From NCBI RefSeq assembly GCF_017307565.1, contig NZ_JAFKHD010000070.1, positions 1 through 61,054 of the forward strand: DNA of 61,054 nt. The letters are read 5' to 3'. Positions within the stretch are counted from its first letter, which is position 1; each line of letters starts with the position of its first letter. Below the pieces are notes generated by a model, which had not been told where the DNA came from, ran no database searches, and saw only the letters and a program-made list of their open reading frames with translations. Origin of the DNA: Devosia sp. Lineage in GTDB: Bacteria; Pseudomonadota; Alphaproteobacteria; Rhizobiales; Devosiaceae. This document shows, in pieces, positions 57,355-61,054 of this stretch. Position numbers and translations under genes: made by a program.

Positions 57355-57491
57355 TTTCAGTCTCCAGAAATTGGGATTATGCAGCGCCAATCGCTGCAAG
57401 GGGGCCTGAATAGCATGCTTTTCGCGTCGTGCCAGCCCTTAGGACATGCCGCAGCGGTCAATCGCTCAGCGCAATACTTGCCAGGACCTTG

Positions 57492-57803
57492 TTACTTCCA
57501 CCGCCCATAAGTCCACGGCAGATACCACCGGGCCGCGGCCGGAATTGCCTCCGGCACCGGGTCATATCCATGCGTCCCGCCGGGCCGGCAGCGGACGAAC
57601 CGCGAAAATCCCATCCAGCCGCCGGGCCAGAAGCCGAACTGCCAGATGGCATCCCGGGTATACTCCGAGCACGTCGGCAGATGTCGGCAGGTACGCCCGG
57701 CAAAGGCCGAAAGGGTATAGCGATAGATCGTGATAAGAAGGATGGCCGCGACCTTGAACGGAAAATCGACGGCGCGGAGCAGCAGGGCGATGAAGTTCTG
57801 CAT
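57492..57803 (-). CDS. yidD: Membrane protein insertion efficiency factor YidD
   Basis: CRHLPTCSEY, RCRPGG..GYDPVP. Confidence 0.9.
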   Translation of the reverse strand: MQNFIALLLRAVDFPFKVAAILLITIYRYTLSAFAGRTCRHLPTCSEYTRDAIWQFGFWPGGWMGFSRFVRCRPGGTHGYDPVPEAIPAAARWYLPWTYGRWK

Positions 57804-58255
57804 CAGTTTGCGTCTTCAGGATTCGGCTTCGCCCGCGCTTTTTCTATCGCCTCGGTGACCGCATCGAACACCAGCATCGTCGATGCATGCCGCGCCGGAT
57901 ATTCCCGCACGACTTCGAGATAGCCGAGATCGGACCATTTTCCATCCGGCGGCGAACCTGCCGCCTTCAGCATGTCGCGCATCTGCTGGGCGAGGCGCAA
58001 AAAATCCTCGGCCCGCGTCCCCACGATTTCGCGGGCCACGATGGCGGCCGAAGTCTGCCCCAGGGCACAGGCGGAAATCTCGTGGCCATAAGCCGAAATC
58101 ACGCCGTCGGTAAGCGCAATATCCACCTCGATGACCGAGCCACAGACCCGGCTCACCTTGCGCGCAGAGGCGCCCGGCGCGGCCAGCCGCCCCGGTTGCA
58201 AAGCGTTTCCAGCTATGTCCAGGATCTTGTCCGAATAAAGCTCAATCAGCGCCAT
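57803..58255 (-). CDS. NifU/IscU-like Fe-S scaffold protein
   Basis: SRVCGS, ACALGQTSA, YPARHAS; conserved position between folE and yidD. Confidence 0.85.
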   Translation of the reverse strand: MALIELYSDKILDIAGNALQPGRLAAPGASARKVSRVCGSVIEVDIALTDGVISAYGHEISACALGQTSAAIVAREIVGTRAEDFLRLAQQMRDMLKAAGSPPDGKWSDLGYLEVVREYPARHASTMLVFDAVTEAIEKARAKPNPEDAN

Positions 58256-58403
58256 CGAGGAAATCTGACTTCTTGTTCTCGTCTTGTACCCCTTCTATAT
58301 AGAGGGACCGATGCGGACTGCCAGAAGCAAAAGTGATCCGGCTGCATCCAAATCGGCGGTATGAACGTACTGACTTCGGTTCCCGAGTTTTAGGAGTGAT
58401 CCA

Positions 58404-59027
58404 GTGGACGCGTCTGCAAAGCTGCCTTTCGCTGTGCCTGCCACCTCCACGGCATTGCCGCGGCCGACCCGTGAAGAAGCCGAAGCGGCTGTTCGCACCC
58501 TGATCGCCTGGGCGGGCGATGACCCGACTCGCGAAGGCCTGCTGGAGACGCCCGCGCGCGTCGCCAAGGCCTATGAGGAGCTGTTCGCCGGCTACGGCCA
58601 GGACGACAAGGAAGTCCTCTCCAAGATGTTCCGCGAAGTCGGCGGCTACGATGACATCGTCTTCGTGCGCGACATTCCGTTCTATGCCCATTGCGAGCAC
58701 CACATGGTGCCGTTCTACGGCAAGGCCCACATTGCCTATCTGCCACATGATGGCGTTGTCGGCCTCTCCAAGCTCGCGCGCCTGGTCGAAGTCTTTGCCC
58801 GTCGCCTGCAGACGCAGGAAACCATGACCGCGCAGATCATCGACTCCATCAATGAAAATCTTGGGCCGCGCGGCGCTGCCGTCATGCTCGAAGCCGAACA
58901 CATGTGCATGACCATGCGCGGTGTGCGTGCCCACGGCGTGATGACCATCACCCACCGGTTCACCGGCGTTTTCGCCGAAGACCGCGTCGAGCAGGATCGC
59001 TTCCTCGCAATGATCGCCCGCCGCTAG
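58404..59027 (+). CDS. folE: GTP cyclohydrolase I
   Basis: [33 protein letters not shown]. Confidence 0.96.
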   Translation: MDASAKLPFAVPATSTALPRPTREEAEAAVRTLIAWAGDDPTREGLLETPARVAKAYEELFAGYGQDDKEVLSKMFREVGGYDDIVFVRDIPFYAHCEHHMVPFYGKAHIAYLPHDGVVGLSKLARLVEVFARRLQTQETMTAQIIDSINENLGPRGAAVMLEAEHMCMTMRGVRAHGVMTITHRFTGVFAEDRVEQDRFLAMIARR

Positions 59028-59125
59028 GCGCCGGGCAGGAGGCTTCGGCCCGACAATGACAAGCGCGATCAAATGCGCTTGTCCCCGATATGGCATAGAA
59101 TACCCGTCTCAAGCGAGTTCGTGCC

Positions 59126-59959
59126 ATGTCAGTCGTCTCCAAAATGCTCTGGGTTCTCGAAAGCCGCTCACGCGAGCCGCTGGGGCTCGACGAGCTGGCG
59201 GAGGTGACGGGGCGTTCCAAAAGCTATCTTTCGCGCGTCTTCCCCCTGGTGACCGGCTATTCGGTCACGGCCTATCTGCGGGCGAGGCGCCTGAGCGATG
59301 CGGCGCGTCAATTGGCTGACGGCGCACCCGATATCCTCTCGGTGGCGCTCGACGCCGGCTATGGCTCGCATGAGGCATTCACCCGCGCTTTTCGCGATCA
59401 GTTCGGCGTCACGCCGCAAGCTGTCCGCCAGAGGCGCGACCTTGAAGGGATTACCCTCGTGGAGCCTCACAGAATGGATATTCAAGCCCAAGTCACAGTC
59501 GAACCGCCCCGGTTCGAAAATCGTCCCGCCATGTATTTCGCCGGCATTGCCGAGCGTCACAACATGAACAATCCGGCGGGCCTGCCTGCCCAGTGGCAGC
59601 GCTTCCAGCCCCATATCGGTCATATCGACGGGGCCATTGTCGGTGCGGCCTATGGCATTGTCGGCGAGATTGCCGACGATCGTTTCGAGTATGTCGCCGC
59701 CATGGAAATGCGGGCCGGCGCCGAAGCCCCATCCGATCTGGAACTGGTTTCAGTGCCGGCCCTCAAATGGGCACGTTTCCCGCACAAGGGCGATCTCTCC
59801 ACCATCCGCCAGACGATCGGCGCCGGAGAGAAATGGCTGACAGCCAATGGCTATGAAGCGAGCGAAGCGCCATACAGCTTCCTCGAATATTATGGGCCAG
59901 CCTTCGATGGACGCAGCGGCAGCGGCGATATCGAAATCTGGTTCGGCCTCAAGAACTGA
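59126..59959 (+). CDS. AraC-family regulator with GyrI-like effector domain
   Basis: YLRARRL..AA, GYGSHEAFTRAF; C-terminal EYYGPAFD...DIEIW. Confidence 0.9.
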   Translation: MSVVSKMLWVLESRSREPLGLDELAEVTGRSKSYLSRVFPLVTGYSVTAYLRARRLSDAARQLADGAPDILSVALDAGYGSHEAFTRAFRDQFGVTPQAVRQRRDLEGITLVEPHRMDIQAQVTVEPPRFENRPAMYFAGIAERHNMNNPAGLPAQWQRFQPHIGHIDGAIVGAAYGIVGEIADDRFEYVAAMEMRAGAEAPSDLELVSVPALKWARFPHKGDLSTIRQTIGAGEKWLTANGYEASEAPYSFLEYYGPAFDGRSGSGDIEIWFGLKN

Positions 59960-60075
59960 AGCACTGGCGCCCGGTCATGATGCGCACCTCGGCCTCCGAG
60001 CCAGAATTGCGCATCATGACCACTGTTTTCGCCGCTCTCAAACGGCCGAGCCAAGTCCGGCGGCCGGAGCGGCGT

Positions 60076-60442
60076 TCAGATGTCGGCCTGCATGGCGGCG
60101 GCGATGGCCCGAAAATCGTGCTCTGAAATCTCGAACAGACCAAATCGCATCTGGTAGCCCCAGTTGCGGTTGCCGCGCGTAGTCGACATTGCGGCGCCAG
60201 GGCGTGAAGTCACCCCCCATCTCGCCCTGGTATAGATCTTCGTCCCGTACCCGGCCGATTGTCGTAAAACTTTGCAGTCGATCCTTGCCACGGATGGTTT
60301 CGGCCGGCGAATAATAGGTCACGCCGTCACCGGCCCGAATACGCTGGAGAGGCGTTTTCTTTCCGTGATTGACCTGCATGAATCCGACCTTGCCGCGCCG
60401 CGCATGCTCTGCTGAAGCCACTGCTACCCAATATTTCGTCAT
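60076..60442 (-). pseudogene. EVE-domain protein disrupted by internal deletion/frameshift
   Basis: [13 protein letters not shown]...QVNHGK...YSP...WRRNVDY in one frame; [22 protein letters not shown] continues in another frame from about 60178. Confidence 0.75.
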
Positions 60443-60550
60443 GATCGGTCTCCGTTCGGCGGAATATATACGTCCCCGACCTGCCAGTTTTCGGCAGTGG
60501 TATTTGATGGCGATGCGCGCTAGAGCCTCGAAACACTTTTAAGGTGCCGC

Positions 60551-61000
60551 ATGACCACATTTGCCGATCCGACGATGCTAGACCACGATCAACTCGAAGA
60601 AGGCACGGTCTTCGCGCCGCGCTTCGACGCGCATGGCCTCATCACCGTCGTGACGATCGAAGAGGGCAGCAAGGACGTCCTCATGGTCGCACACATGAAC
60701 GCCGAGACCCTTGGCCTGACGCTGGACACCGGCATCGCCCACTATTGGTCGCGTTCCCGTAAAGCCATCTGGAAGAAGGGTGAAACGTCAGGCGAACTGC
60801 AGGAAGTTGTCGAGCTACGCACGGACTGCGATCAGGACTGCCTCGTCATGACCGTCCGCCAGACCGGCCGCGGAGCCGCCTGCCATACGGGCCGCAAGAG
60901 CTGCTTCTACCGCAGCGTCGAAACCGAGAACGGTATCGCCAAGCTCGAAGACACGGGTCTGCCGAAGCTGTTTGATCCGAAGGATGTCTACGGGAAGTAG
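60551..61000 (+). CDS. hisI: Phosphoribosyl-AMP cyclohydrolase
   Basis: [28 protein letters not shown]. Confidence 0.96.
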   Translation: MTTFADPTMLDHDQLEEGTVFAPRFDAHGLITVVTIEEGSKDVLMVAHMNAETLGLTLDTGIAHYWSRSRKAIWKKGETSGELQEVVELRTDCDQDCLVMTVRQTGRGAACHTGRKSCFYRSVETENGIAKLEDTGLPKLFDPKDVYGK

Positions 61001-61038
61001 CGTCGCGGACTTTACGTCGCCCTGAAATTTCTCCCTCC

Positions 61039-61054
61039 GTCGTCATTGCCGGGC
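61039..61054. repeat. Start of a REP-like repeat (truncated by window edge)
   Basis: gtcgtcattgccgggc, exact reverse complement of 41278-41293. Confidence 0.65.

Noticed and set aside
1-61054. CRISPR array, rRNA or transposase
   Set aside because: No regularly spaced direct repeats, rRNA signatures or transposase motifs were seen.

Overview
GC-rich alphaproteobacterial chromosome segment (Hyphomicrobiales; Devosia-like by gene content and order, which is inference). The backbone is mostly housekeeping: divK-pleD, rpmG, rnr, topA-dprA-plsY, purS/purC/purB, rpe, radC-map, gpt, tRNA-Leu(UAA), gluconate genes with gndA, cysE, a BTLCP-PilZ-PAS-rhomboid block, phosphomannomutase, arfB, thrS, yidD, folE and hisI. 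Two things stand out. (1) An orphan polymorphic-toxin cassette at 26560-29371: a short MuF (phage head-morphogenesis) domain fused to a lower-GC PD-(D/E)xK-like nuclease tip, followed by two translationally coupled paralogous putative immunity genes (the second frameshifted), with no other phage genes in the window. (2) A ~260-nt densely base-paired element between pleD and rpmG, with + strand G-U pairs, mutually exclusive stems and a CtrA-like box upstream; it is a candidate unannotated structured RNA. Smaller observations are an unannotated 30-aa membrane peptide behind a CtrA-like box, an accessory long-type dGTPase, two ASCH-like paralogues, a deletion-broken EVE gene and REP/dRS3-like palindromic repeats. 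All family calls are by motif recognition only; no searches were run.
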